Notes: generated from the letters alone by a model not told the origin. Counted from the stretch's first letter, positions 1 to 9,437 are shown. The stretch is DNA of 32,000 nucleotides from Idiomarina loihiensis L2TR (GCF_000008465.1 NC_006512.1:2100001-2132000), one strand, 5' to 3'. A program made the numbers and translations.

Positions 1-1
1 T

Positions 2-541
2 GTCTTTTTAACTCTGCTTAGAGACATACAGGCGCTTTCTCAGGTGTTACCCGGAATAACCGCCGATGATTCACAACTGCAACGATTGCAAAGAACATCG
101 GCTTATTCCGATTCAGTGACGCTAAGATTTGCCAGCTTATTTATAGAGCAAGAAACCCCTGAGAGCCTGAAGCAGTTCTGCAGGCAACTGGCCATACCGA
201 ATCATTATCGTGACAGCGCTTTGCTGGCAAGAAATCATGAAGATTTCATTACCACACCGGAGCTCCCAGAAAAAGCTCAATTGGCTGCACTACTGAAACA
301 AATTGACTACTGGCGCCGACCGGAGAAGCTGGAGCAGTTGCTACAGTTACGGCAAGCTGAATATAGTGAATCTAAGCAGCAGAAAAGTATTGCTGCTCAG
401 CATAAAAAGTTACGTTCGGGGGCAGAAAAAGCCGCAGCGCTTAATGCTGGGACTTTGCAGCAGCAGGGCTTTACCGGTAAAGCCCTGGGCGATGCTTTAC
501 GCGAACAGCGTGAGCAGATACTGGCTGAGGCATTGAATTAA
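2..541 (+). CDS. cca: CCA-adding tRNA nucleotidyltransferase, C-terminal part (5' end lies upstream of the window)
   Basis: The frame is open from nt 2 to the TAA at 539-541; the listed 44..541 ORF merely begins at an internal GTG. Visible residues (...[21 protein letters not shown]...[14 protein letters not shown]...[16 protein letters not shown]) align by eye with the C-terminal helical region of E. coli-type Cca. The position beside folK-folB-plsY is the conserved gammaproteobacterial context. Confidence 0.6.
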
Positions 542-1047
542 CCTTCCAGCCAAGAAGTGTCGCTAATAGGCTCTAATTGTTGCGGTGAGTCTTTATGAGT
601 CTGCTGGTATTGCTCCCACAACTGCTCGTAACTCACATTTAAAAGCGGATGCAGGTGGTGCCCGGCTATTTCAGCCAGTGGCCAGAGCACAAAGGCATTT
701 TCAAGAATTTCGCCACGGGGCAACTGCGGTTGTTGCTCCCGAATAACGTCATCATACAATAAGACATCAATGTCTAATGTTCGCGGGCTGAACTTAGCAC
801 TGCCCGGAATCCGTCCGTTTTCCTGCTCAATGCGCTTGCATTCAGCCAGAACTTCGGTAACAGAAAGGTTGGTTATTACCTCCACCACCAGATTGTAAAA
901 ATCACTTCCGGAAAACCCTACCGAGGCACTGCGAAAAATTCTTGAGCGTTGTTGCCAGGTAAAGCTCTTTGCAATGGCTTTCAACCCTGCCCGAATATGT
1001 TTTTCACGATCCGTATTAGAACCTATTCCGAGAAAAACTTGCGCCAC
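538..1047 (-). CDS. folK: 2-amino-4-hydroxy-6-hydroxymethyldihydropteridine pyrophosphokinase (HPPK)
   Basis: 169-aa ORF. It starts [11 protein letters not shown] and contains [13 protein letters not shown] plus a conserved LP.P/W.ERAFVL-like segment ([12 protein letters not shown]), all typical of HPPK. It lies directly downstream of folB on the same strand. Confidence 0.9.
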
Positions 1048-1058
1048 AACTTATCCTC

Positions 1059-1442
1059 TTACCCAAATGGGCTGTCGAAAACACTTCGGCGAACGCTTAC
1101 AGCCACCGTTTTAGCATTAGGCACAGCTCCGGGTTTAGCCACCCGCACTTCAACGTTCTGCACACCGAATTCATTCAAAATGAGGCTGGCAACGCCTTCA
1201 GCAACCGTTTCTATGAGCTGACGCGGCTTCTCTGCTACCCAGGCCGACACTCGCTCGCTCACCAGTGCATAATCTAAAGCGTCGTCAATATTGTCAGTAA
1301 CTGCCGCGCGCTGGTTGTCCCAGCTCATCTGAATATCCAGCACCAACTGCTGTTTTTTTTCTTTTTCCCAGTCATAGACACCAATGATGGTTTCTACGGT
1401 TAAGCCTTCAATGCTAACGACATCAATATCTGCTTGTTCCAT
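1059..1442 (-). CDS. folB: Dihydroneopterin aldolase
   Basis: The product (...IIGVYDWEKEKKQQLVLDIQMSWDNQRAA...VEVRVAKPGAV) matches the FolB pattern (E. coli: TTIGVYDWEQTIEQKLVFDIEMAWDN...KPGAV). I prefer the ATG at 1442 (MEQADIDVV) because its N-terminal length agrees with FolB. The longer ORF to 1469 would start at a TTG, so the start is uncertain by 9 codons. Confidence 0.88.
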   Translation of the reverse strand: MEQADIDVVSIEGLTVETIIGVYDWEKEKKQQLVLDIQMSWDNQRAAVTDNIDDALDYALVSERVSAWVAEKPRQLIETVAEGVASLILNEFGVQNVEVRVAKPGAVPNAKTVAVSVRRSVFDSPFG

Positions 1443-1539
1443 TTGTGTTAACCCGTGGTAATTGCCCAAAAAACCGCTTATTCTAGGGACATTGAGTTTT
1501 AATCGCAGTCTACCTTAACCAACGAGGGATTCGTACCCC

Positions 1540-2130
1540 ATGACAGCGCTTACTTTACTGATGATACTTTCAGCCTACCTTCTGGGCTCTATCAGTAGCG
1601 CTGTGGTTATCTGCCGGCTTTGGGGCTTACCTGACCCGCGCAAAGAAGGTTCCGGCAACCCCGGAGCCACGAATGTTTACCGGGTTGGCGGAAAAATCCC
1701 TGCGTTATTAACTCTTTGGTTTGATGTTTTAAAAGGTATGGTTCCGGTGTGGGGCTCTTACTTTCTCGGCATTGAGCCCTTTTTCCTTGGGCTAATTGCG
1801 GTTGCAGCCTGCCTTGGCCATATTTTTCCGCTTTACTTTCATTTTCGTGGCGGCAAAGCTGTTGCTACCGCCTTAGGTGCTATGTTTCCGGTTGCCTGGG
1901 AAATGGCGTTGTTGCTCATTGCCACCTGGTTACTGGTTTTCCGTGTCAGCCGGGTATCCTCTTTAGCGGCTTTAGTAACCGTCTGTCTGGCACCCTTTTA
2001 TGCCTATTGGATAAAACCCCAATACACAGTGCCGGTTATTATGATTTCGCTATTAATACTCTGGCGTCACCAGGCCAATATTCTGCGCTTGTCCTCCGGC
2101 GAAGAAAAAGCCTTTAAACGGCGTCGCTAA
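1540..2130 (+). CDS. plsY: Glycerol-3-phosphate acyltransferase PlsY (acyl-phosphate dependent)
   Basis: 196-aa polytopic membrane protein with the [10 protein letters not shown] motif and a HIFP...F.GGKGVAT-like segment ([20 protein letters not shown]). It is divergent from folB, as in E. coli (ygiH). Confidence 0.92.
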   Translation: MTALTLLMILSAYLLGSISSAVVICRLWGLPDPRKEGSGNPGATNVYRVGGKIPALLTLWFDVLKGMVPVWGSYFLGIEPFFLGLIAVAACLGHIFPLYFHFRGGKAVATALGAMFPVAWEMALLLIATWLLVFRVSRVSSLAALVTVCLAPFYAYWIKPQYTVPVIMISLLILWRHQANILRLSSGEEKAFKRRR

Positions 2131-3148
2131 TATTCACCATGGGTTTCAAATCTGTCATCGGCCATCTTGGGTGTGTTTTCACTGCCAATGGCTCACGTTC
2201 TCCCGCTTCTAAACGCAGAGCGCCCGCTAAGGCGATCATCGCACCGTTATCAGTACAAAATTCCGTACGCGGGTAAAATATCTGGCCCTTTTGTTTTTCT
2301 AATAAAGCTTCAAGTTTTGCGCGTAAATGCTTATTGGCACTGACCCCACCGGCAACGACCAAACGCTTGTAACCGGTTTCTTTTAGCGCCCGGCGACATT
2401 TAATCACCAAGGTATCAACCACCGCATCTTCAAATGCCCGCGCAATATCCGCCAGGGTCTGCTCATCACTGTCATTAGCGGCCAGAGTATTAGCCGCAGA
2501 AGTTTTCAAACCACTGAAAGAAAAATTAAGACCTGGTCTGTCTGTCATTGGTCTGGGAAAGGTAAAACGATCGCTGTTGCCCTGTTCAGCCAAAGCAGCC
2601 AATCGCGGCCCCCCGGGATAATCAAGCCCCATTAGCTTAGCTGTTTTATCAAAAGCCTCGCCTGCGGCGTCGTCTACTGATTCGCCCAGCAAATGATAAT
2701 CGCCTATACCTTTTACTTGAACCAGTTGAGTATGCCCGCCGGAAACCAACAAGGCGACAAAAGGAAATTCGGGCTGGTTTTCTTCCAGCATAGGCGCCAG
2801 CAAATGGCCTTCCATATGATGAACTCCAACCGCGGGTAAATTCCATCCAAAAGCCAGACTACGACCAATACAAGCACCAACTAACAGAGCACCAACCAGC
2901 CCAGGCCCCATTGTATAAGCAATACCATCCAGTTGCTGATGCGAAATCCCGGCCTCTTTGAGCGCAGCTTTAATCAACGGTAAGGTCTTGCGCACGTGGT
3001 CACGAGATGCCAGCTCGGGCACTACGCCGCCGTAGTCGGCATGCAGTTTCACCTGCGAGTACAACTGGTGGGCTAATAAGCCTTTTTCGGTGTCGTACAC
3101 CGCAACACCCGTTTCATCACAAGACGTTTCAATACCCAATACCCGCAT
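2114..3148 (-). CDS. tsaD: tRNA N6-adenosine threonylcarbamoyltransferase TsaD (Kae1/Gcp family)
   Basis: The N-terminus [19 protein letters not shown] is essentially identical to E. coli TsaD. It also has the [10 protein letters not shown] metal-binding motif and the GGVSAN and CTDNGAMIA motifs. I chose the ATG at 3148; the 4-codon extension to 3160 would start at a TTG. Confidence 0.93.
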   Translation of the reverse strand: MRVLGIETSCDETGVAVYDTEKGLLAHQLYSQVKLHADYGGVVPELASRDHVRKTLPLIKAALKEAGISHQQLDGIAYTMGPGLVGALLVGACIGRSLAFGWNLPAVGVHHMEGHLLAPMLEENQPEFPFVALLVSGGHTQLVQVKGIGDYHLLGESVDDAAGEAFDKTAKLMGLDYPGGPRLAALAEQGNSDRFTFPRPMTDRPGLNFSFSGLKTSAANTLAANDSDEQTLADIARAFEDAVVDTLVIKCRRALKETGYKRLVVAGGVSANKHLRAKLEALLEKQKGQIFYPRTEFCTDNGAMIALAGALRLEAGEREPLAVKTHPRWPMTDLKPMVNISDAV

Positions 3149-3274
3149 AATACTAACCAATTCTGCTATTTACCGACAATTGACGCTATTTTACCTGATT
3201 TTTATTCGCATGACTCGCCTTACAGGAAAAGTTATGCCACTTTATGAAAACATAAAAACAACAAAGGCTTTAGC

Positions 3275-4831
3275 ATGAGACAACTCGTTGCATTTCTATT
3301 TATTCTGACCTTATCGGCTTGTCAGACATCACCGACGGAGCAGGGTAAGTTTTCCTGGCAGGACGCCTCTGTTATCGAATTGCAAAACACCATGACCAAT
3401 GGTGATTTAAATGCCGAACAACTCACACAATATTATTTGCAGCGCATCAATACTCATAACCGTCAGGGTGCGAATTTACGAGCGGTAAACAGCGTAAATG
3501 AGAATGCTCTGAAAGATGCCAGACGGCTTGATGCCGAGCGCGAACAAGGCAAGGTTCGCGGTCCATTGCACGGCATTCCTGTTCTGTTAAAAGACAACAT
3601 CGATACCGCCGACGGTATGGCAAATACCGGGGGTTCATTATTGTTCGCAGAAAACTACCCGGAAGATGATGCTTTTCTTGTAGAACAATTGCGTGATGCC
3701 GGAGCTATTATTTTAGGCAAAGCCAACTTAAGTGAGTGGGCGAATTTTCGCTCTACCCGCTCCAGTTCGGGCTGGAGTGCTATTGGAGGTCAGGCCGTGA
3801 ATCCGTATGACACGACTCGCTCTACTTGTGGCTCCAGTGCAGGTTCCGCTACCGCTGTTGCCGCCGATTTAGTCGCACTTGCGGTAGGTACCGAAACCGA
3901 CGGCTCGTTAACCTGTCCGGCCGCTGTTAATGGCATTGTTACCATCAAGCCAACGCTGGGCCTTATCAGTCGCGACGGCATTATCCCTATTGCGCATAGT
4001 CAGGATACTGCAGGCCCAATGGCTCGTAGCGTAGCCGGAGCCGCCTTAATGCTGGATGCGATGCAAGCTTACGATCCGGATGACCCCGCAGGCTATCGTA
4101 CTGAAACGAATTTTGCCTCGCATTTAAAAGCAGACGGACTCGAAGGCAAGCGTATTGGTGTGGTTCGTAACTTAATGGGTTACAACAACTTGCTTGACGA
4201 ACAGTTCGAGCAACAGCTCTCGATTATGGAAGCTCAGGGAGCTGAAATTATTAACGTTGAGATGACAACCTACGGAGAATACGGCGGCGATGAATTTACC
4301 GTGCTGCTGTATGAGTTTCAACAGGATATGGCGGCTTACCTGAGCAGCACGAATCTGCCCTATAACAATTTAAGCGATATGATAGCGGCAAATAATGAAT
4401 TGCCTGAGCAGGAGTTATCACTATTTGGTCAGGAGCTCTTTGAAATGGCAGAGGCTCAGGATGACGAAGCCGCTTATCAGAAAGCGTTGGCCAAAAGCAA
4501 AAAGCTGGCAGGTAAAGAAGGCATCGATGCCATGCTTGAGGAGAACAATATCGACTTACTAATAGCTCCGACAACAAGCCCTGCCTGGAAAATCGATCAC
4601 GTACTTGGCGACAACTATTCAGGCTCAGCCAGTTCACCGGCTGCCGTTGCCGGATACCCGCACATATCAGTGCCTATGGGTTATATCCAAATTGGAGACG
4701 AACCCGCCCTGCCGGTCGGTATCAGTTTCTTTGGCGCTGCACGCTCTGAGGCCACGCTCATAGAAGCGGCTTTCGCCTACGAACAGGCAACAAAGCACCG
4801 TAAACCGCCTAATCTGGTTGTAACTGACTAA
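3275..4831 (+). CDS. Amidase-signature (AS) family amidase, predicted lipoprotein
   Basis: 518 aa. It has a signal peptide with a lipobox (FILTLSAC). AS-family hallmarks are present: the catalytic Lys context (PVLLKDNIDT), the Gly/Ser-rich signature (GSSAGSATAVAADL) and the GTETDGSLTCPA Ser-cisSer segment. Substrate is unknown. Confidence 0.85.
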   Translation: MRQLVAFLFILTLSACQTSPTEQGKFSWQDASVIELQNTMTNGDLNAEQLTQYYLQRINTHNRQGANLRAVNSVNENALKDARRLDAEREQGKVRGPLHGIPVLLKDNIDTADGMANTGGSLLFAENYPEDDAFLVEQLRDAGAIILGKANLSEWANFRSTRSSSGWSAIGGQAVNPYDTTRSTCGSSAGSATAVAADLVALAVGTETDGSLTCPAAVNGIVTIKPTLGLISRDGIIPIAHSQDTAGPMARSVAGAALMLDAMQAYDPDDPAGYRTETNFASHLKADGLEGKRIGVVRNLMGYNNLLDEQFEQQLSIMEAQGAEIINVEMTTYGEYGGDEFTVLLYEFQQDMAAYLSSTNLPYNNLSDMIAANNELPEQELSLFGQELFEMAEAQDDEAAYQKALAKSKKLAGKEGIDAMLEENNIDLLIAPTTSPAWKIDHVLGDNYSGSASSPAAVAGYPHISVPMGYIQIGDEPALPVGISFFGAARSEATLIEAAFAYEQATKHRKPPNLVVTD

Positions 4832-5849
4832 GGTTGAGTTTACGAGTATCGAGCGGCCGGCCGTCGACATCGCGGAGTGTTAGTTCCAGTTCCGGCTGCT
4901 CTTTCCAAATAACTTCAACTTGACCGTAACGGCTTTCAGCATAAGCCTCACCGTCGCGATAACTAGATGAGTAAGGCGTTTCACCATCAAAGTTAATGGA
5001 CCCAGGCGTCACCTGCCAGAGTGGATAAGGCAGGAATTCATCTGACTTAGCGAACTCACCGAACAAGCGGTCACCGCTCGCCAGCAATAAACCTGAAGGT
5101 TTCAGTTCCGTTAACAACTCTTTTAAACGGTTTTGTTCGCGCAAGTAAAGTGCCCAGCTATCATAGCCATTGGCAGGAGCTATTACCGGTGTCGCGCTCA
5201 TAATAATGCGGACTTCGGCAGGCTGTTGTAATTGCTCCGCAAGCCACTGCCATTGCTCATCACCCAGCAAATCGCCCGTATTATTCGACTCATAAGGACC
5301 TAAATCAGCATTAAAGCGGCGAGTCTGACGCTCTACCCAGCCCACCTGACTCAGTGGGTCACGGTTCCAGCGACCGTCCAGAACAATAACCTGCACACGT
5401 TGCGGTTCATTCCCAAAAATTACGCTCTTTGCAATACCATGACTTTGAAACAGCCGTTCCGAGGTTGCCGGCTCACGCCAGAAGGTAAGAAAGTGGTTGC
5501 GGACGGCATAGCGATTCGGGTTATTTTTTCCGCTCTTGCCATCCAGACTGTAATCGTTGCGGTTCCAGACCGACATAACCGCAGAGTTGCGTCGCAGAAC
5601 CCGTGGCCCGCGGTAACGGTTAAACACCTCATAGGCATCCAGTAAGTCGTCCATGTCGCCGGCGTTCTCACCGATAGTATCACCCAGGAACACAAAGACT
5701 TCAGGCTGCGCATGATTAATCGCATCCCAGACTTCCTGTCGCTTGGTATGGTCAATGCAACAGCCAAAAGCCACTCGTGTTGTCTGCTGTGCAGGCGCAC
5801 TAAACGCCGCAGCCAACAGCAGAAGCAGCCAAACGCTCCGTATTAGCAT
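4809..5849 (-). CDS. Secreted PhoD-like (alkaline phosphatase D family) metallophosphatase-fold protein, metal-binding motifs apparently degenerate
   Basis: 346 aa with a Sec-type signal peptide (LLLLAAAFSAPA/QQ). The block order FGCC..., FLGDTIGEN, WNRNDYSLDG, VIVLDGRWNRD, LLGDEQWQWLAEQL, IIMSATPVI and ASGDRLFGEF follows the small PhoD-like family as I remember it (FGSC / GDNIYAD / WDDHDYG / LG..QW.WL / SGDRH). The start ATG overlaps the pilT stop (TAATG at 5847-5851). Confidence 0.75.
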   Translation of the reverse strand: MLIRSVWLLLLLAAAFSAPAQQTTRVAFGCCIDHTKRQEVWDAINHAQPEVFVFLGDTIGENAGDMDDLLDAYEVFNRYRGPRVLRRNSAVMSVWNRNDYSLDGKSGKNNPNRYAVRNHFLTFWREPATSERLFQSHGIAKSVIFGNEPQRVQVIVLDGRWNRDPLSQVGWVERQTRRFNADLGPYESNNTGDLLGDEQWQWLAEQLQQPAEVRIIMSATPVIAPANGYDSWALYLREQNRLKELLTELKPSGLLLASGDRLFGEFAKSDEFLPYPLWQVTPGSINFDGETPYSSSYRDGEAYAESRYGQVEVIWKEQPELELTLRDVDGRPLDTRKLNLSQLQPD

Positions 5850-6883
5850 TAGAAATCCTCTTTAGTCACCGCACAGCGGCGTGCCTCTTCTGCCTCTATA
5901 TCGCCACGAGCCAGTAATTTCTTGAGTGCCTGATCTAATGTTTGCATGCCCCGCTCTGCTCCAGTTTGAATAGAGGAGTACATTTGCGCCACTTTGTCTT
6001 CTCGAATCAAGTTTTTAATAGCTGGCGATGACAGCATAATTTCATGTGCGGCAACACGACCACCGCCAACTCGTTTTAGCAAGCTCTGCGAGATAACCGC
6101 ACGTAAAGATTCTGACAGCATGGAGCGGATCATCGGTTTATCATCGCCCGGAAATACGTCAATAATGCGGTCGATAGTTTTAGGTGCAGAAGTTGTATGC
6201 AAGGTACCTAAAACTAAATGCCCGGTTTCGGCTGCCGTCATAGCTAAACGGATGGTTTCTAAATCGCGCATTTCACCCACCAGAATCACATCAGGATCTT
6301 CACGCAGTGCTGAGCGCAGGGCCGCACTGAAACTGCGAGTGTCCCGATGAACTTCACGCTGGCTGACCAGGCTTTTTTGATTGTCGTGAACGAATTCTAT
6401 GGGGTCCTCAATGGTTAAAATATGCAACGCCCGGTTTTGATTCAAATAATTAACCATGGCCGCCAATGTGGTTGATTTACCCGAGCCAGTCGGTCCGGTT
6501 ACTAACACTAAACCCCGGTTAGCACTGACAATGTCCTTAAATATCTCCGGAGCATCCAGTTGCTCTAAAGTGGTGACTTCGGCAGGTATCATACGAAAAG
6601 CGGCGGCAATGCCTTTGCGCTGGGTAAACACGTTGGCACGGAAACGCGCAACGCCTTCTATTTCAAAGGAAAAATCACACTCAAATTTTTCCTCGAACTC
6701 CTGCCACTGGCCTTTGGTCATCACCTCAAACAACATGTCTTTCAGCTCATCCGGCTGATGCTCGGGTTGATTTAGCGGACGAATGTCCCCATCCACTCTA
6801 ATCATAGGGACACTGCCGGAGGACAAATGTAAGTCCGAGGCATTTTGTTTCACACTGAAGGCCAGTAATTCGTTAACATTCAT
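5849..6883 (-). CDS. pilT: Type IV pilus retraction ATPase PilT
   Basis: 344 aa from the ATG at 6883 (MNVNELLAFSVKQNASDLHLSSGSVPMIRVDGD). It has Walker A (GPTGSGKSTT), the Asp and His boxes, the PilT-specific AIKNLIREDK (AIRNLIRE) motif and a C-terminal ...KEDF. It is near-collinear with P. aeruginosa PilT and divergent from yggS, as in many gammaproteobacteria. Confidence 0.93.
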   Translation of the reverse strand: MNVNELLAFSVKQNASDLHLSSGSVPMIRVDGDIRPLNQPEHQPDELKDMLFEVMTKGQWQEFEEKFECDFSFEIEGVARFRANVFTQRKGIAAAFRMIPAEVTTLEQLDAPEIFKDIVSANRGLVLVTGPTGSGKSTTLAAMVNYLNQNRALHILTIEDPIEFVHDNQKSLVSQREVHRDTRSFSAALRSALREDPDVILVGEMRDLETIRLAMTAAETGHLVLGTLHTTSAPKTIDRIIDVFPGDDKPMIRSMLSESLRAVISQSLLKRVGGGRVAAHEIMLSSPAIKNLIREDKVAQMYSSIQTGAERGMQTLDQALKKLLARGDIEAEEARRCAVTKEDF

Positions 6884-6907
6884 ATATCTTATCCCTGAAT
6901 AAGTGAG

Positions 6908-7630
6908 ATGACGGTGGCAATGACAACTAAGGTAGCAGAAAAGATAACAAATAATCTCGCGGAAATACGTCAGCAATTGCAGATTTTATCTGAAGAATCG
7001 CCACACCAGCAGTCGGTCAAATTGCTGGCGGTGAGTAAAAAACATTCTTTAGAAGCGATAAAAGCCGCTATAGCCGCCGGGCAAATGCACTTCGGCGAAA
7101 ACTATGTTCAGGAAGCCGTCGCTAAAATAACTCAGCTAAAAGAACAAACTACTGATCCGGTACAGTGGCATTTTATCGGCCCGGTTCAGTCGAACAAAAC
7201 CAAAGATATAGCTCAGCACTTTGACTGGGTACAGAGCGTGGAGCGGGAGAAAATAGCCCGTCGTCTCAATGAGCAGCGCCCCGACGATTCCCAGCAGCTC
7301 AACCTATTATTGCAGGTTAATATTGATGATGACGACAACAAATCGGGTTTAGCCCCCGAGCAGGTTGAAGCTTTAGCGGAATACGTTATGAATTGCCCTA
7401 AACTAAAATTACGCGGTTTAATGACTATTCTTAAAGCAGGGACAACAGAAGACGAACGCGAAAAAAGCTTTCAGCAGATGTATAAGCTCTACCAACAGTT
7501 GCAACAAACTTACGGCGAGCAAATTGATACCTTATCCATGGGGATGTCGGGTGATATGCGACAAGCGGTGCTTGAGGGTGCTAACATGGTACGTATTGGA
7601 ACAGCAATTTTTGGAGAACGGGAGTCCTAA
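6908..7630 (+). CDS. yggS: PLP-binding homeostasis protein YggS (PLPBP/COG0325)
   Basis: The motifs LLAVSKKHS (PLP lysine), HFGENYVQE, WHFIGPVQSNKTK, LSMGMSGD and VRIGTAIFG are classic YggS. The start could be the ATG at 6908 or the one at 6920. Its stop overlaps the proC start (TAATG at 7628-7632). Confidence 0.9.
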   Translation: MTVAMTTKVAEKITNNLAEIRQQLQILSEESPHQQSVKLLAVSKKHSLEAIKAAIAAGQMHFGENYVQEAVAKITQLKEQTTDPVQWHFIGPVQSNKTKDIAQHFDWVQSVEREKIARRLNEQRPDDSQQLNLLLQVNIDDDDNKSGLAPEQVEALAEYVMNCPKLKLRGLMTILKAGTTEDEREKSFQQMYKLYQQLQQTYGEQIDTLSMGMSGDMRQAVLEGANMVRIGTAIFGERES

Positions 7631-8454
7631 TGAACGACATTCGGAATATTGCCTTCATTGGCGCAGGAAATATGACACAAAGCATTGTCGGCGGTATGTG
7701 CAAAAGCGGTTACCCTGCTGACAAAGTCTGGGTCAGTAACCCCAGCGATGCCAAATTAGAAAAAATGAAATCGGAGCTGGGCGTCAATACCAGTAACGAT
7801 AATCTGGAAGTGGTGAATAACGCTGACGCTATTGTACTGTCGGTTAAGCCTCAGTTAATGGCGGAAGTTTGCGCTCACTTACGTGAAAACGTTCACAATC
7901 TGACAGACAAATTAATAATTACCATTGCCGCCGGTATTCGTATTCCTAAATATCGCGAGTATTTAGGCGAAAACATCCGTATTATCCGGGTTATGCCAAA
8001 TACGCCGTCACTGGTAGGTCAGGGCATGTCAGGTTTAGTTACTGACGATTCCGTTGACGAAGCCGATAAAAACTTTGTAACCGAAGCCTTTAATGGCGTA
8101 GGTGAAACACTCTGGGTTAGTGACGAAGATCAGCTCGATATTCTTGGCGCCGTAGCAGGCAGTGGGCCAGCTTACTTTTTCGAGTTTATGGACAGCCTGG
8201 CAAAAGCTGCAACCGAGCTTGGTTTTGATGCCGAGAAAGCGCGCGCTATGGTTCAGCAAACCTGCTTAGGTGCAGCTCAAATGGCCAAAGAAAGTGAGTT
8301 ATCATTGGAAGACTTGCGCAAACAAGTCACCAGTAAAGGCGGCTCAACAGCAAAAGGTGTTGAAGCCTACCAAGACTCTGACTTACACGGCATTTCGGAA
8401 AAAGCGGTAAAAGCCGCGGTTAACCGTAATCAGGAAATGGCGAAACTCTTTTAG
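7630..8454 (+). CDS. proC: Pyrroline-5-carboxylate reductase
   Basis: It has the N-terminal Rossmann motif IAFIGAGNMTQSI, plus VMPNTPSLVGQGMSG and TSKGGSTAKGVE, which are typical ProC motifs. A GGAG sits 6 nt upstream of the ATG. Confidence 0.92.
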   Translation: MNDIRNIAFIGAGNMTQSIVGGMCKSGYPADKVWVSNPSDAKLEKMKSELGVNTSNDNLEVVNNADAIVLSVKPQLMAEVCAHLRENVHNLTDKLIITIAAGIRIPKYREYLGENIRIIRVMPNTPSLVGQGMSGLVTDDSVDEADKNFVTEAFNGVGETLWVSDEDQLDILGAVAGSGPAYFFEFMDSLAKAATELGFDAEKARAMVQQTCLGAAQMAKESELSLEDLRKQVTSKGGSTAKGVEAYQDSDLHGISEKAVKAAVNRNQEMAKLF

Positions 8455-8462
8455 GAGTCACT

Positions 8463-8990
8463 ATGAATAACGCCCTTACATTTTTAGTCGCAACCATAAT
8501 TGACCTGTATTTGGTCATAGTACTTTTGCGACTCTGGATGCAGTTAACTCAAGCTGATTTTTATAACCCGGTCAGCCAGTTTGTTTATAAGGCAACCCAG
8601 CCTGTCGTGGGCCCGCTGCGCAGCTTTATGCCAATGCTGGGCAAGCTGGACACAGCCAGCTTAATTTTTGCGTTAGCATTAGGCATGCTAAAAGTAGCGG
8701 CGCTGGTCTGGCTTAACAACTTAGTTGTTGACCCGCTGGTGATTGTTATTCAGGGAATATTAACGGCTGTAAGCAGTTTGCTGTCAATGTTGTTCTGGGT
8801 ACTGGTTATTCGGGCAATACTCAGCTGGTTCTCACAGGGGTACAACCCGGTAGAAGCCATGTTGCACCAAATTACAGAGCCGTTATTAGCGCCTGTACGT
8901 AAAATTCTTCCTCCAATTGGAGGCTTAGATTTATCGGTACTGGTTGTCATTATTGGACTACAGTTTTTACGCATATTAATTGGTGTTTAA
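8463..8990 (+). CDS. yggT: YggT family integral membrane protein
   Basis: 175-aa hydrophobic protein with the duplicated YGGT-type repeat pattern (...RAILSWF...NP...TEPLLAPVRKILPPIGGLDLS). It occupies the conserved position after yggS-proC. An AGGAG RBS lies upstream. Confidence 0.85.
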   Translation: MNNALTFLVATIIDLYLVIVLLRLWMQLTQADFYNPVSQFVYKATQPVVGPLRSFMPMLGKLDTASLIFALALGMLKVAALVWLNNLVVDPLVIVIQGILTAVSSLLSMLFWVLVIRAILSWFSQGYNPVEAMLHQITEPLLAPVRKILPPIGGLDLSVLVVIIGLQFLRILIGV

Positions 8991-9012
8991 TGCTACTGGT
9001 GGAGGAAAAGTG

Positions 9013-9435
9013 ATGAGTAAAACATTCTTTGTTAAAACAGTAATGGTCGTTTCTTTAATATTTTCAGGCTTTGTTATGGCTGAACAGAAAGAGACACTAG
9101 GCGACTGGGATGTTCACTACAGCGCTTTTAACTCCACCTCTTTATCTCCCGCTATTGCGACGCAATACAACTTAACCCGCAGCGCATCGAAAGGCGTGCT
9201 CAATATTGCGGTATTGGATAAAAAGACTCAAAAAGCGCAAACACCCGGGGTAACCGGGCAAGTGGTTAATCCGCTGGGACAAATACAGGAGCTCGACTTT
9301 CAACAGGTAACTGAAGGTGATGCCAGTTATTACCTGGCTCAGTTTGAGCACTCTAACGCCGAAACCCTGCGTTTTACCATTCAGGTTGGAGAACAACAGT
9401 TTAAATTTAACCAGGAGTTCTGGTTAAATGATTAG
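9013..9435 (+). CDS. DUF4426-like periplasmic protein
   Basis: 140 aa from the ATG at 9013, with GGAGG 7 nt upstream. It has a signal peptide (VMVVSLIFSGFVMA/EQ). The segment GDWDVHYSAFNSTSLSPAIATQYNLTRS...GVLNIAVLD resembles the DUF4426 proteins found next to yggT in Pseudomonas and Shewanella. The family assignment is from memory. Confidence 0.7.
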   Translation: MSKTFFVKTVMVVSLIFSGFVMAEQKETLGDWDVHYSAFNSTSLSPAIATQYNLTRSASKGVLNIAVLDKKTQKAQTPGVTGQVVNPLGQIQELDFQQVTEGDASYYLAQFEHSNAETLRFTIQVGEQQFKFNQEFWLND

Positions 9436-9437
9436 CT

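Noticed and set aside
5400-5800. 81-aa (+) and 126-aa (-) ORFs overlapping the PhoD-like gene
   Set aside because: These are alternative-frame ORFs inside a longer ORF that has family-typical motifs and a signal peptide. They have no RBS and no recognisable domains.
6884-6976. 31-codon Cys/Tyr-rich N-terminal extension of pilT (ORF to 6976)
   Set aside because: PilT homologues start exactly at MNVNELLAFS (ATG 6883). The extension would run across the yggS start and has an odd composition.
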